Positions 41,240 to 64,000 of a stretch of DNA of 64,000 nt are shown piece after piece; position 1 is the stretch's first letter, and every line of letters starts with the position of its first letter. The DNA is from the human T2T-CHM13v2.0 reference genome, Homo sapiens: NCBI RefSeq assembly GCF_009914755.1, contig NC_060938.1; one strand, written 5' to 3'. The position numbers and the translations under genes were made by a program. Below the pieces are notes generated by a model that was given only the letters and a program-made list of their open reading frames with translations, was not told the origin of the DNA and did not search any database.

Positions 41240-43126
41240 CAATAGGAGTGATATTTGTATAAAAATGAATGTGATCATGTCATCCTCTGCTTAAAATGTT
41301 TTAATTATTCTTACTATTTTCAGGGTAAAGATCTAAAACTCTTCTCAGTGTGGCTTCCTGCTTGTCTTTCCAGTTTTATCATTATTCATGTACAGCATGT
41401 TCCCATTGTCCCATCCAGCTTTATTGTATTCTATTCTGTTTTCTGAAAGTGCCATTCTGTCATACTCTTCCTTCCTATTGGTCATGTGAGCCTGTCTGCC
41501 TGGAATAGACCTTTCTACTATCTGGCTAATTTTTAGTTGCCCTTTGAAATCCATTTCAAAGAAATGTATCCTTATGTTTTGAGTGTTTCCTATCACCTTT
41601 TACCACAGACCAAGTTTTATAGTTCATTGTGACATTCCAAGTTGAGTTGAACAGATATTTATTGGACATTTCTTATGATATGTATTAGGCTAAGCACTGG
41701 AGCTATAAAAGTAAGACATGACCCCTGTCTCTAACAAATTTAGAACCTGTTAAGGAGATTGAGGAAAAATAATCATTTATTTTCTTTGCTTTCTCTCCCA
41801 GTAGACTGAACATTCCTGGGGAGATAACCAAAATGAAATTTAAAGCAGATTACTACCAGGTTATAGAAATTTTTCTGAGAGCAAAGGTTGGATCCAGATA
41901 TACAAGTATGATAGTAAATAGTACAAGCATGAGAATTTTGACCTGGATGACCTGGCCCGGTCTCTCTTGCATGACTTCTAATTTTCCCTCATAGTGTAGT
42001 GAATATGGACACAGATGTAGAGCTTTTAAGCTGAGTTTCAAATTTCAGATCATAATTTATATTAGTTAAAAACACATCATTTAATATTAAATTTGATTTT
42101 TAATATCCAGTAATTGTTATAGAGAGGGTTAAGAGTTTTAATTTTCTGAAAATACTAAATCCACTCCTGGATTTTTAAAACTAAGCATAGCACTGTAGTA
42201 ACTCCTACATAATTTTTCTGCTTACTTGTAATGAAAACATTTAAAAAGCTGAATTTGCATTTGCATATAATCAATGCCTAACATAACTTAAGAATTGCCT
42301 AACAAAAATCAAATAGCTGTCATGTTAATGAAAACGAAGGCAGTCTAATGGTAAATAAGGTGCTTACGTGTAGATCACAGTTAGAAAGAAGTCAAAATTT
42401 GGATGAAAGACAGAAAAATCTACCAAAAATTTTAAGCAAATGTAGTTTTAATAATAGCTCTTGTAACTGGCATCCATTTTCCTGATTGTTGGACTAGTGG
42501 TTTTCCTGATAGCCTAGTTGGGTTTGTATTAAGCATTTTGTCTTCTGTCCCTGTTTGCATTATGACCCAAGATGTTTGAGAAAAGATTGGCTGGTATTAG
42601 GAATATTATCTGAAAACCTGGCTTTTGCTTAGTTGGCATTGTGCTCTAACCAACTTGTTTACTAAAGTGATGCCCAACTCAAGGAGGTAGTAGGTTTATT
42701 ACTGTAAATATTATTGCTCTTGAGTGAAAAAAAAAAGGCTAATTAGATTTAATGTGTGGGTTTACACATATGTAAACAACCTGCCTATGTATGCCTGAGA
42801 AATAGCTTGATGAAAAGCCAGAGTTATCTGGTAAAATATTTTTATTTTCTAAAATATGTTGAAAGATTTTTAAAATAGAATCAAGTTAATACTGGTAATT
42901 AATGTAAGTATACATTAACTCATGTGAAACTCAGAACTGTCAATCCTATGAATAAAGCTTCCAAGTGAATCTGAGGGTCAAAGAGAGAAAATGACTGGTC
43001 TTAAGTCATAAAACTAGAGGATTAAAAGTTCAGTTTTCTTATCTCCCTGTTTACTGTGATCTTTTTGCTGTACAGTATGACTCTCAAAAGTTTTTGAGTG
43101 GTAACAGATACAACCGTTTTCTCTAA

Positions 43127-43561
<435 letters not shown>

Positions 43562-44143
43562 TAATTGAAGTTTCTTATTCGTTGGGCATGTTCTCCATCT
43601 CAAAAACTCTTAAAGATGAATTATCCCCCAGAATACTGCTTGTATTTCAAGTGAGGTACAAACAAGGCTGCTATATGCCAAATCAGTTGATCATTCATCA
43701 ATTTCTTTAGCAGTTATTCTTTAGCAGTAAGTTATTTCAATCCCATGTTAATTGTTGAGCATAAAGTACAGTGTTGAGACAACTACTAAAAGATGATTAA
43801 AACACCTTTTATGTTTGAAGCAAGCAACGTGTTCTCTACCAAACTAGTACCCCAAACTTTTTACTTTCCTACTTTGCTAAACTTTCCAGTATTGTATATC
43901 ATTTTTCTTAGCTTTAAAATTGAATAGTATGTTTCACATTTTTGGAAAGGGACTTTTTGGGGGAGGGGGGAATCTTGATTTCCTCACCATTATCTGTAAA
44001 GTGAAAGTACTTAATCTACTTAACAAAATAATATTACATACTTATTATTTTCTACGTTGTATGGTGATTAGAAGTGGGCTCTGTAAAAACCTGCTTTTAT
44101 ATTGTAATTCTTACACTTTTTTCCCCCCCATCTTTCCCCTTAG

Positions 44144-44668
<525 letters not shown>

Positions 44669-45139
44669 TAAAAATAGAGGTATAACAGAAAACATTTTGC
44701 TTTAATTTATCTGTGCCTTATAATGTATATGAGAAGGAAGAGGGTTTAAGAGAATGTAAGTAATGACAGTTTGAATTCCAGACCAAGATCCTTTGTTTTC
44801 GTGGAAACGCCGTATAACTATTGTTTACTGTTACCAACATAGAGCTAAAAGCATGTGGCTTAAATGTTAAGTCACTATAACATGTTTTTTTAGATATTAA
44901 AGAGTTCTGCATGGGCCCTAACATTTAAAGCCTTGAAATTTACCTTTTATATCAAACCACAAACTTTATGCAAAATACTAAAAAAGAATTTTCAGATTTT
45001 GAATTTCTGATTTCCTTAAAGTTTTGTAAAATAGTAATAAATTTGTAACTACAGTTTAAATTCTTTGATTTTTTTAAATTAATGATTGTCAATAAAAAGA
45101 ACTGGTATTGTTCATATGGTATCATAAACTTAAAATAAT

Positions 45140-45460
45140 GGTATTTTCTATATCCCCAAATTCTGTTCTGTGGGGGGAAAAAAAGTCCTATGAGATATAA
45201 GTAGATACAACCGAACCAAAAGAATTCTGTGACCAAATGGATTTTGAGAACTCTGGGCTAAATAAGTTAAATAGCTTCTTATCACGGGACTTCTCATAGC
45301 TGTTAGAATGTTACTAGGCATTGTGAATCTACAAGAGAGATTGATATCAAATGCATGTTTCCAAACTTAGAATATTTAATCATTGAATTTACTGCCTGCC
45401 CTTCTTGCACGTGCACATACACCCAAGTGCTCACTGAACTAGTGTTAGGAGAGCATTTTA
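45140..45460. mobile_element. MER103-like hAT DNA transposon fossil
   Basis: ggacttctcatagc...gcattgtgaatctacaagag...gtttccaaactta resembles the MER103 core. Confidence 0.55.
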
Positions 45461-45920
45461 TTTTTTGGTGGTTTGCTATTTTTTAGGTGTGAAAAAAGAT
45501 ATATTTCTACTTTTTTGTAGAAGGAGAAAGTTTTTATTGTCATTGTCATCATTTTGCCATTCATTTAAGGGTCTGTTTAGCCTGTACTAAGTGTTTTAGC
45601 AAACATTGTTTCATGTAATAAAATAATCCTGTTAACAGTACTCTGTAATCTCCATTTTGGAGATAAAGAAATTGAACCTTAGTTAAACAACTTTTTAAAG
45701 ACACCAATGGTAGAGCCAAGTTTGAATTTGCCAGATCAGGTGTTGATGTACTACACAAAATGGTTTGAATGGAAACCGGTATCCAGCCTGCGTTTCACTC
45801 ACCAGGCCAGAGCTGTGGCTACCCAGAATAGAGCACCTTTTTCTAATTTGGCCAAAGGTACCATGTATATGCCAGATTTGTTCCTCATTAAGTCTCTTTA
45901 TTCCAACTCTGGAGCAGTTT

Positions 45921-46040
45921 CCTTCCTTCCTTCCTTCCTTCCTTCCTTCCTTCCTTCCTTCCTTCCTTCCTTCCTTCCTTCCCTCCCTCCCTCCCTCCCT
46001 CCCTCCCTTTTCTTTCTTTTCTTTCTTTCTTTTTTTTTTT
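45921..46040 (+). repeat. (CCTT)15(CCCT)~7 / T-rich polypyrimidine microsatellite forming the tail of a minus-strand Alu (~46041-46320)
   Basis: Read directly from the sequence. TSD TCTGGAGCAGTTTC at 45908-45921 and 46327-46340 brackets the repeat and the Alu together. Confidence 0.95.
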
Positions 46041-49000
46041 GAGGTGGAGTCTTGCTCTGTTGCCCAGGCTGGAGTGCAGTGGTGCAATCTTCGGCTCACA
46101 GCAATCTCCGCCTTCCCAGGTTCAAGTGATTCTCCTGCCTTAGCCTCCCGAGTGGCTGGGATTACAGGCATGTGCCACCACACCTGGCTAATTTTTGTAT
46201 TTTTAGTAGAGACCGGGTTTCACCATGTTGGTCAGGCTGGTCTTCAACTCCTGACCTCATGATCTGCCCTCCTTGACCTTCCAAAGTGCTGGGATTACAG
46301 GTGTGAGCCACTGTGCCCGTCTCAAGTCTGGAGCAGTTTCTACTACATCACATCATCTTCTTTTCTTTGTTATAAATTTTTATTCAGGATCCACATTTCA
46401 TATGTACATGCTTTTCTGTGTTTTAAGAAATCATAGATATGTGTTCAGTCATAGTGAAGTCTGCTAAATTCCTGCCTTCAGACATTTTAATTACAGTGAA
46501 AGCTAAAAGATTACATTTTTTTAATACCTTTATGTGAAAGAATTTTATGCTCTTTTTTCCTGAGGGTTTTATTAGAGTAAAAATACTTCATTCCTGATTG
46601 CTTCTTACTAGCCTTCATTTCCCACCACTCTATTATTATTTATTTATTTATTAAAATATTCTGAAAATATTTTATTGGAGAAAGTTTGTTATATCCAGTG
46701 CAAACCTGGATTGATTCTTCTGTTTTTCTGTTTACATTCCCTTAAGATTAAAGTATTTGTCCATTTGGTTTACTTAGAATCAGGTGTAAGTATCCATCTG
46801 ATAGGTAATATTCATGTAATCACAGTAAAGAAACAAATATAGCTTCAGCCGGATTCACTTAGTAAGAGAACAGTTGTGAGTTTATGGTTTTGTTTGTTTT
46901 GCCTAAGCACACAAAATTGGACATCATTTCTCTTAATTTTTTTTTTTTGCTTTTTCCTGTTTCTGTTTGAATGTTCTATTGCTGACTTTTTTACAAATTC
47001 AGATTAAAGGATACCTCTATTCCAATGTGTAATCTGCTGTGGTTTTTAAAAGTACCTATGTGTGGTCCTTGAATTTAAGGCAGTTTTGTGTATTTTATTT
47101 TAAAGTAATTTGAAATGTCATAACAGGTATTTGTAATTCATTTCTTGGATAGGAGAAGATGTATTTTGAGAAATAAATGATATATTTTATGTTGATATAG
47201 TCAACACAGATATCTGTTATGTAAGAATCATGAGAAATTAGCATAAGGTATAGTTTGCTATTGTCAGTCATAGCCTCAGGTTTTTAACTTTTTGTTTAAA
47301 GTGAAGTGTAATAGCTTTTTGCCAAACTTTTTTTTCTTGTTCATAATCTGCTAACACATCAAACTGTAAGAGAAGTACTCCCTGAACATTGTGTGTGTCT
47401 CCTGGCTAGTATTTGATTAATACCCATATGACAGGAGACAACTTCTCAGCCTTTTTCACATCTAGAAACAGCAACCTTATTTTAAATGAGGGAAGAATGG
47501 GCAACTGATTTATTTCTCTGAGAGGAAGCCTTCAGTTTCTAAACAATACATCATCATTTATCTGTGAGTAGACAAAGTATTCTTTTAAGAATCAAAAATA
47601 TGATTGGCAAGATTAAGTAATTGGGTGGTTTTTAATGAAAAGCATTTGTAAATTTGACAATGTATGATAATAAAAGTACAGGGATGGAATTGATAGAAAA
47701 TACTCAGAAAGGATGAACTGAATTTTCTTGTTTAAAAGCAGTTAGAATTTTTTTGAAAGATAAGAAATAGTGATATGGGAACTAGATTTCAAATGAATAA
47801 TTAGTATTATAAATGGTAAAAAATTTGATATTAGGGAGGCTTTCCTTAAAATTGGCATTAGTTTTTAAAGCTTGCTTTGTTACAAATATTATTGTCTTTG
47901 TTCTCTTTCATAATCAGAGCAAACTACCTTGTGAGAGAAATCCTCGGAAAAGAAAATAATGCAGGTTAGAGTGGGTTAAGCTAGAGTAGGGTAATTTTCA
48001 TATATTTCTATATTATAGATTTCACTGTTTTTGTGTTCTCAGTTAAGTAATTTTGGGCCAGGGATGTGGACAAGGAAATATATAGATAGAATACTTGAAT
48101 AAACTAGGGATGACTGCCATCTATCATATATGTGACTATAAAATTGTTGTCTTTGAAGCAGTGTCAGGAAAGGGAACATACACACCCATATATATCTGTG
48201 GTGAGCTGTTTAGTGGTTAATAAAAAGACTCCTGGAATTTGTGATTAGGGGCTTTCTAATCTATGAGATACTATTAGTGTGAAGAAGGAAAAACACACCA
48301 CGGGGAAGAAAACCGGGATGAATAAAGCTAAAGAACAAAATATTTTCATAGAATTAATAGCATGTTTCAGTCTTAATTAGTGTCTGCATATTTTTTGTCA
48401 GATGTCTCTGGATATTCAAACTATTAAGTCAAAAGATTATTGACATTTTAAAGTAAAATAGCTCTTTCAGATTTCATTCTGGCATTTAACTGACTTTTGA
48501 TTGATCATGGGGCATACTGGAATTTTGTGTGATTGTAAACTTTTTTAAAGGTTGGCTTTAAGATAAAGTTTATTTCAAGCCAACAGACAAAATCCCAATG
48601 CCAGTAAATCTTGAGTTTTAGTTCAGCCTGCTTCTGAGAAGTTGATTATTTTTACTATCAAATTTTTGTTTAGCTATTGTTACAGATATTTCCAAATAAA
48701 TGTTATTAGCCATTCCTTCAGGGAATTTTTTTTTATCTTCCTGGAATTGAAATAATTAAATCTGTTGTCACTAGATTTAATGTTTGAAGTGTTGGGATCA
48801 TTTGAGAATTCTGTGATTTAGTCAGGTTGCTAAAATTAGACCTAAAGATGTAAAAATTCATTAGAGTATATGTATAGTAATGTAAATTTTGTTTATTAAA
48901 TACACATAATTCTATAGAAAAGTAACTGCTACATCATTCAGTCTTTGACACAATACGTTGAAACTTCATTCCACTTATTAAGCAGTAGTAGGTTTTAAAA

Positions 49001-49339
49001 CTTATTTCTGCCTGCAAAGATTTGCTTCGTTGTCTTACGGCACATTCAGAAATGTATGCGGTAGCTGCATATTGGAAAGTAGGGATAATAGAGTCAAAAC
49101 TGAGTTTAAATACTTTTTAATGTCACTAAATTGCGCTATTGACTTTGGGCATGTTACTCAATTTTTCTGAGCCTCGGTTTCAGGATTTTCTTGAGGACCA
49201 AATGAAAAAAGCATTTGAGTAAATGGCACACTACAGGTTTGAATGAAATTTAATTTTTGTTAGAACCAGAAGCTACAGAGAGATCATCTAACTCTGTAGT
49301 CCATAAAATTTGTGGATCTTAACCACTAATTTCTTATTT

Positions 49340-50207
<868 letters not shown>

Positions 50208-50493
50208 TGATGTAATTTCCTCCTACTTAGTAATATTAAGTTCCCCATCTGAGTATCATATTTGACCCTACAGTTTAGAGGAAAAGAAATCTTAAAAGTT
50301 TCAGAAAAAAGTCATGAAGTTGGTTGGACTTGAAATTTCTGAGGACAGGTTAAAAGAGTTGGAATTATTTACACAATGAAATGGAAAAGCTTAATGCTGG
50401 GTATAGGTCCCTAGAAGCTATCTGTTTTCATATGGGGTAAATGAGAGTAATATATAAAAATAAATGATGCCAATCCAGATGGAGATTCCTTAG

Positions 50494-50799
<306 letters not shown>

Positions 50800-51563
50800 C
50801 CCTTAGGTAATTTTAATGTTTACCCTTATAACCAAAAAATCTTCCACATGGTTACCCAGAGTTCTAGGCATTGGAAAGTAGGATTTTCTGATAAAGTAAC
50901 TCTTGGTGATTGCTTTCTGTTGCCTGTTTCAGAGTCCATTCTTTTACGTTTTAGACTGACAGGAGAGGGCAAGGAGGGAGGACAGAGTTTACGAGGGTGG
51001 ATTTGTGGACCCATGTGTATGTTTGTATTCATCTGATTAGTTGTATCCTAAAGCCAAATGTAAGTGAATTTTCTTACTTTAGAATAATATATTCTCTCTT
51101 TTAAATAATCAAGAGTTAAATGTTGCGTGAAATATTAGAGAAGATGGGAGCTTAATTTCTACTGAAAAATCAGGTAAGAGGAAATAGCTCCACCTACAGG
51201 GCAAATAATTTAAACTAGATATAAAGAAATTCCTTGTAGGAAATTTGTTACAGACTTGAATTTACTACCAAAGCTAGATTTGCTATGCCTGCCTCTACCT
51301 TCTCCTGGGCAGAGTGCCTCCATCCCGCCTTAGTACTTACTTTTTTGTCCACTCCCAACCTAGCACATATATCAGTCTTTCTCACTAGCCTTGTGGTTCT
51401 TCATTTCTCTCTTTCTCTGTCCATGTGGTTCCTTCTTGTGTCTGTTGTCTGTCTGTATGGGATTGGGGAAGGGAATTTCTTCTCTCTGTCCTCTGTCTTC
51501 TCTTTGTTGTCTCTGTGTCTTCATCTTTTATTATGGAAGAGTGTATTTGACAGGACTGATTTA

Positions 51564-52371
<808 letters not shown>

Positions 52372-53145
52372 GACACTGGAGATTCTGGTTATGATTAAAT
52401 TAGAACTGTGGCAAAATAGGTCTTTTACATTTCCTTAGTTTTTTTTTTCCATAAATATATTGGATTAAAAGCCATTGTTCTGATATAAGAAAAAAGGATG
52501 AAATTATATTAAGTATGTTCTAGTTAAGACTACAGGGATATCAGTTAAATTCTACTTATTAAAAAGCACTCTAGTAGTAAAATGGGCAAAAGATAAAATG
52601 GATGAAAGAAGAAATTCAAATGGCTATAACTTGTAAAAATATGTTCTATCATACCAGATCCCAAAAATTAAAAGATTGATAATTCTTAAATTGATTTGTG
52701 TTTGTGAGAACAGACATTCATGTGCAACGCTGGTAGGGGTATGAATTGGTACAAATCCAGAAGGCAGCTTTGGCAGTATGTGTCAAAGTGTTAAATGCTT
52801 TTGTTATCTGATTAATAATTTTATCCTAGAAATTTATTCTAAGGAATTGGAAAATAGGTTGCAAAACAACATTTACAGTGTCATCTATACGGTTAGACCA
52901 GCATTTTAAAAGTTTGAAAGGCTACATGGCGTAGCAAAATAATACCAGTAGTTAACAGCCGAAAGGTAGAAGTACAGGTAATTTTCAAAATAATGTCAGT
53001 ATTTTAGTGTCCTTTTGAGTGGCTTTGGTACATAGGAGAGATTATACAGAAACTCCTTGGCCTTAAAAAGTTTAAATTCCCCTGAGGTTGAAGAGACCCA
53101 GTAGGGATACAATTACCTTCTGGGCTGTCTATGGCTGCTTGTTGA

Positions 53146-56713
<3,568 letters not shown>

Positions 56714-57592
56714 TACCAGTGCTTCTTAACCATTTTAGAATAACGTTTTCCAGAAAAATGCTTGTGCTATTTATGCACACTAACAGGCAGACACAATGCA
56801 CATACATATGCCCACAACTTTCAGTACAACTTAGGAGACTCACATATTCATTAGAGTTTTATAGACCACAAAAGAAGTGCCTGGTAATTGTGAATAAACC
56901 TCAACTTCCTTACTAGTCAAATAAATGGAAGATTTTTAAAAATAATAATATCAAATATTGCTGAAAATATTGCTAATGGAATGCAGATTAGTAAAGCCTC
57001 CCTAGAAAAGCTGTTTGACTTTTTAAAAAATGTCAGAATCTTATCTAAAAGTTCTATTTCTGGGACTTACCTTATGAAGACATCAGAATCTCAGACAAAT
57101 TTATATGTAGCACTGATTATTATGTAATGAAATGCTTGTTTTTATGGTAGCAAAAAATTGGAAGCAATCTAAATGTTCAACTTTAGTTTAATGGTTACTA
57201 TAAATTATGGTTTAGCCATGTAATAGAATATAATGGAATCATTAAATATTTAAAAAGACTAGTGATATGGGAAAACATTTACAATGTACTGTTAAAAAGG
57301 AAATAGGATGTTAAGAAAAAATATTTCTAGGTGATGGGATTATTGGTGGTTTTAAATTTCTTTATTTTTGCATTCCTCCCCTCACTTGTTTTTATATTGA
57401 ATGTGTATTAGTTTTATAATTAAAACACCTTTGTAAAAATGCAAGTTATTCTGTTGTGTAATTTTTAAAAGAGTTTTACTTAAAACCTATGAAATGACCA
57501 TGATTGACAATAATATATGCAGATTTTGGTATTTTTCTGAAAACTTAAATTGTTACTGGTTCAAAGAAATGTTCTCTGAAAATGCATGTTGA

Positions 57593-57886
<294 letters not shown>

Positions 57887-59777
57887 TAATTAGTAGTGGC
57901 AGGAAGGCAGGATTATTGGAAAATACTAATGTGACTATAAGATTTGTTTGAATTAATTACTGTTAATTACATGTTAATAATGTATTGTGACAGTTTACTA
58001 CATGCATTTTATCCTAAAAACAAAAAAAGTTTACTTCAGAGTCAGAACACTGTTTCATGAAGAGTTAATTTTTTATATATAATCATAAATTTGGATAGTA
58101 ACAAATATTTGAATTACTAGAGAGCAATTTGTTAATGTTTTTAGTATAGTTTTATGAATTTTAAGCATTATACATTATAAACTGAGATAGTGAATACTGA
58201 TGAGATAATTATAACTGATAATCAGGCATTATATAACGCCTAAGATTTATTATGTCTAGGTATTTGGAAGTTTTCCTCCTATAAAAACTGTAGACATTTC
58301 AAATTATTAAATCTTAATATACTATGGGAGTTTTTATTGTTAACATGATGACTTAAATTCTTGTTTCTGATGCTAACTGGTGTTCAGTGTTTGATCTGTT
58401 ATGCAAACATCTTTTAAATTTAAGATTTAAAAAGGGTATAAATAAACTCTCCTGTTTTGGGGAGTAGACAGTCTCTCATTATTCTAGCGTTTTAAGTTAT
58501 TTTGGTATTATTAAAATGAATAATTCTGGAATCCCATCAAGTGAATGTATTTCATTGAATGCCAACATGAGCAGAAAATGGGCTATTGGGGAGGGAGGAC
58601 ATCTAGAGCTACAGAACCTATAAAATAGGTTAGAAGGTACTTTGTAGATTAGCACATAATTGTCCCCAAGGGAGATATTTTTCTCACTTGTCATATTTAC
58701 TTATGGTTTAAATGGTTTTCTGAAATTTCTTAAAATTACTTTTCTTACGGAGATTGAAATAACATTACCTTGATCTTATACTATTCACACATGTAGGCAA
58801 TTCTGGACTCACTTCCAGGATAGAAGGAAAAGACGAGTACCAATATATTTGGTAAAAATATGACATATTTGAGAACACACAGGCAAGTGAACTGGTTTCA
58901 AATCCGGTTGGGAAGAATACAAAATAAATCATTATAATCATTCCTGTCCCTTTTAGGAGGAAGGTTTGTCCAGCTGGCTACTGGGTCCTTGTTTTGCTAA
59001 ATACAACAATGGGTGAAGAAGAGAGTGAGAGAAGCAAGACAGATCACAATTGCTCCAATTGAAAAAAGCTGACACACACAATAGAAAGGTGGAAAGAAGG
59101 GAGAAAAGAAACAACTTAGCTTAAAGGGTTTTAGGAGTTGAGAAAAGCAAAGAACTAAAGTGGCTTAAAGAGTAAATGCCTTGGGAAGAAATAAGTTGTT
59201 AAAAAGGACTTTAAAAAAGATCAATTTTGAATATTAGTTTTAGGATAGTTCACATATTCACATATGTGAATATAGGATAGTTCACTATTTTAAAAGTACT
59301 GTATAAAGGAGATTTTCTGAAAGTTTGCTTTCACGTCCTTAGAGTAACTATAGTGTCTTCAGTGATAGAACGTGAATGGTTTCCCCTGGAGTGTGCATGA
59401 CTGTGAAGTTGCCCTTTCAGTACATTATACTTGTGAAAAAAGCACATAGTCAGAACTCAACAAGGAGAGGAATGTTAAATCTGATAACAAAATCGTAAAG
59501 GTTAAATGGACCCATTGCCTTTATTTTACAGCTGGAAAAAAATATCAGCAATCACCAATCCAACTCCCCTGTTTCACATTCTGAATATTGAGGCCTAGTG
59601 AGGTTAAGTTAAAAAAAAAAACTCAAGAAATTTAGTGAAACATTCAGAAGTATTCTTTGTTTACATGGCTTAAAATATCAGTTAAACATTAGGTATCATA
59701 TAATAATAAAGCCTATGGAAACCTCAAATTTTAAGGTCTAGATTAAATCTTTGATGATCTAGCATATTTACTAATAA

Positions 59778-60643
<866 letters not shown>

Positions 60644-60689
60644 TTAATAAGAAAAAAAGACTACTCGGTTAAAAAAAAATTGACAACAG

Positions 60690-61100
60690 TCACTTCACAA
60701 AAAAGAGGAAATCCAAATGGCCAATAGCAATGAAAAGATAACTAGGCATCATTAGCCAACAGAGAAATGCAAATTAAAACATAATGAGATACAGTTACAC
60801 TGACACCAGAATGACAATGATTACAATTTAAAAGACTGTCAGTATTGTTTGTGAACTTATGGAACAACTGAAACTCTCATACATCACTGGTGGAGTATAA
60901 ATTGATACTACCACTTTGGAAAAATGTTTGGCAGTATCTGCTAAAGCTAATGTACCTATATACTGTGACCCAGCAATTTCACTTGTAGGTATATAGCCAA
61001 GAGAAATGAAAATGTGTCCACAGAAAAGCTTAAAAACAGATGTTCATAGCAACCAGATAATAGAAACCAAAAAAAACCTAGATGTTTGTCAACCTGTGAA
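60690..61100 (+). mobile_element. Old L1M fragment
   Basis: gaaatgcaaattaaaac...ggaacaactgaaactctcatac...gacccagcaatttcact. Confidence 0.7.
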
Positions 61101-61449
61101 AGTTGCATTAGGCTTTTGCTGTGGAGGAACAATGAGTAAACAATTACAGTCTAATGAGAAGTGCTATGATGGCAATATGAGAAGAGTGCCAACAGCACCG
61201 AGATGTGCCTAATTCTGTTTTGGGAGGATGGGAAGGATGAGGGGAATGGTGAGAAGAAGGAAAAAACATAGAAGGAAATTTAATTTGCTGAGTCTTGAGG
61301 GGTGACTGAGAATATACCAGGAAGCGTAAGAAAGAGGAAAAGGCATTCCATGCTCAAAGGGTACAGAGGTGGTAGTGAGAGAGAAAGCCTGGCAAATTTC
61401 TTGAATGCTAAGTAAGCATAGGACTTAATGTTAAAAGATGGTGTCCAGA

Positions 61450-63756
<2,307 letters not shown>

Positions 63757-64000
63757 TTAGATGCTATGAGTACATTTTTGGAGTAACTGACTTTATTGAG
63801 ATATAATTTACATGCACTTAAAATGAGTGTGTTTTATTGTATAGTTCAGTGTATTTTGACATATATGTACATCTGTAAAACATACAACTGCTATCAAGTT
63901 GTAGAAGCATCCATCACTCCACAGAGCTTCTCTCCCACGGCCCTTTGCGATGACAATCACCTCTTTCAATCCTCAGGCCCTATGAATATCCACTGATTTG

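Noticed and set aside
45695-46262. 111-165 aa ORFs with PSFL or KEGR repeats
   Set aside because: Produced by the (CCTT)n microsatellite and the adjacent Alu.

Overview
Human (primate) genomic DNA, dense in Alu and L1 repeats, containing the 5' part of PALS1 (MPP5), the MAGUK scaffold of the Crumbs polarity complex, on the + strand. It holds a CpG-island promoter and non-coding exon 1 (~6450-6658), an 83-nt leader exon 2 (34827-34909), exon 3 (44144-44663, start codon 44297) and exon 4 (57642-57850, first L27 domain). The gene continues beyond the window. Introns carry about 50 Alus, a 3-kb L1PA, MER41/MER4/MER21/MLT1 LTRs, DNA-transposon fossils, a tailless 5S rRNA retropseudogene and a U6 fragment. 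The most notable observation is in the spliced leader. Exons 1-2-3 join into an uninterrupted 42-codon ORF starting at a GTG in strong Kozak context and encoding a basic-head, hydrophobic-tail (tail-anchor-like) peptide. It ends in an overlapping ATG-TGA-TG-TGA start-stop element and is followed by a strong-context AUG uORF ending 28 nt before the PALS1 start. This suggests a splicing-switchable microprotein and translational control module, which is inferred and untested. Repeat boundaries and subfamily names were assigned by eye and are approximate.
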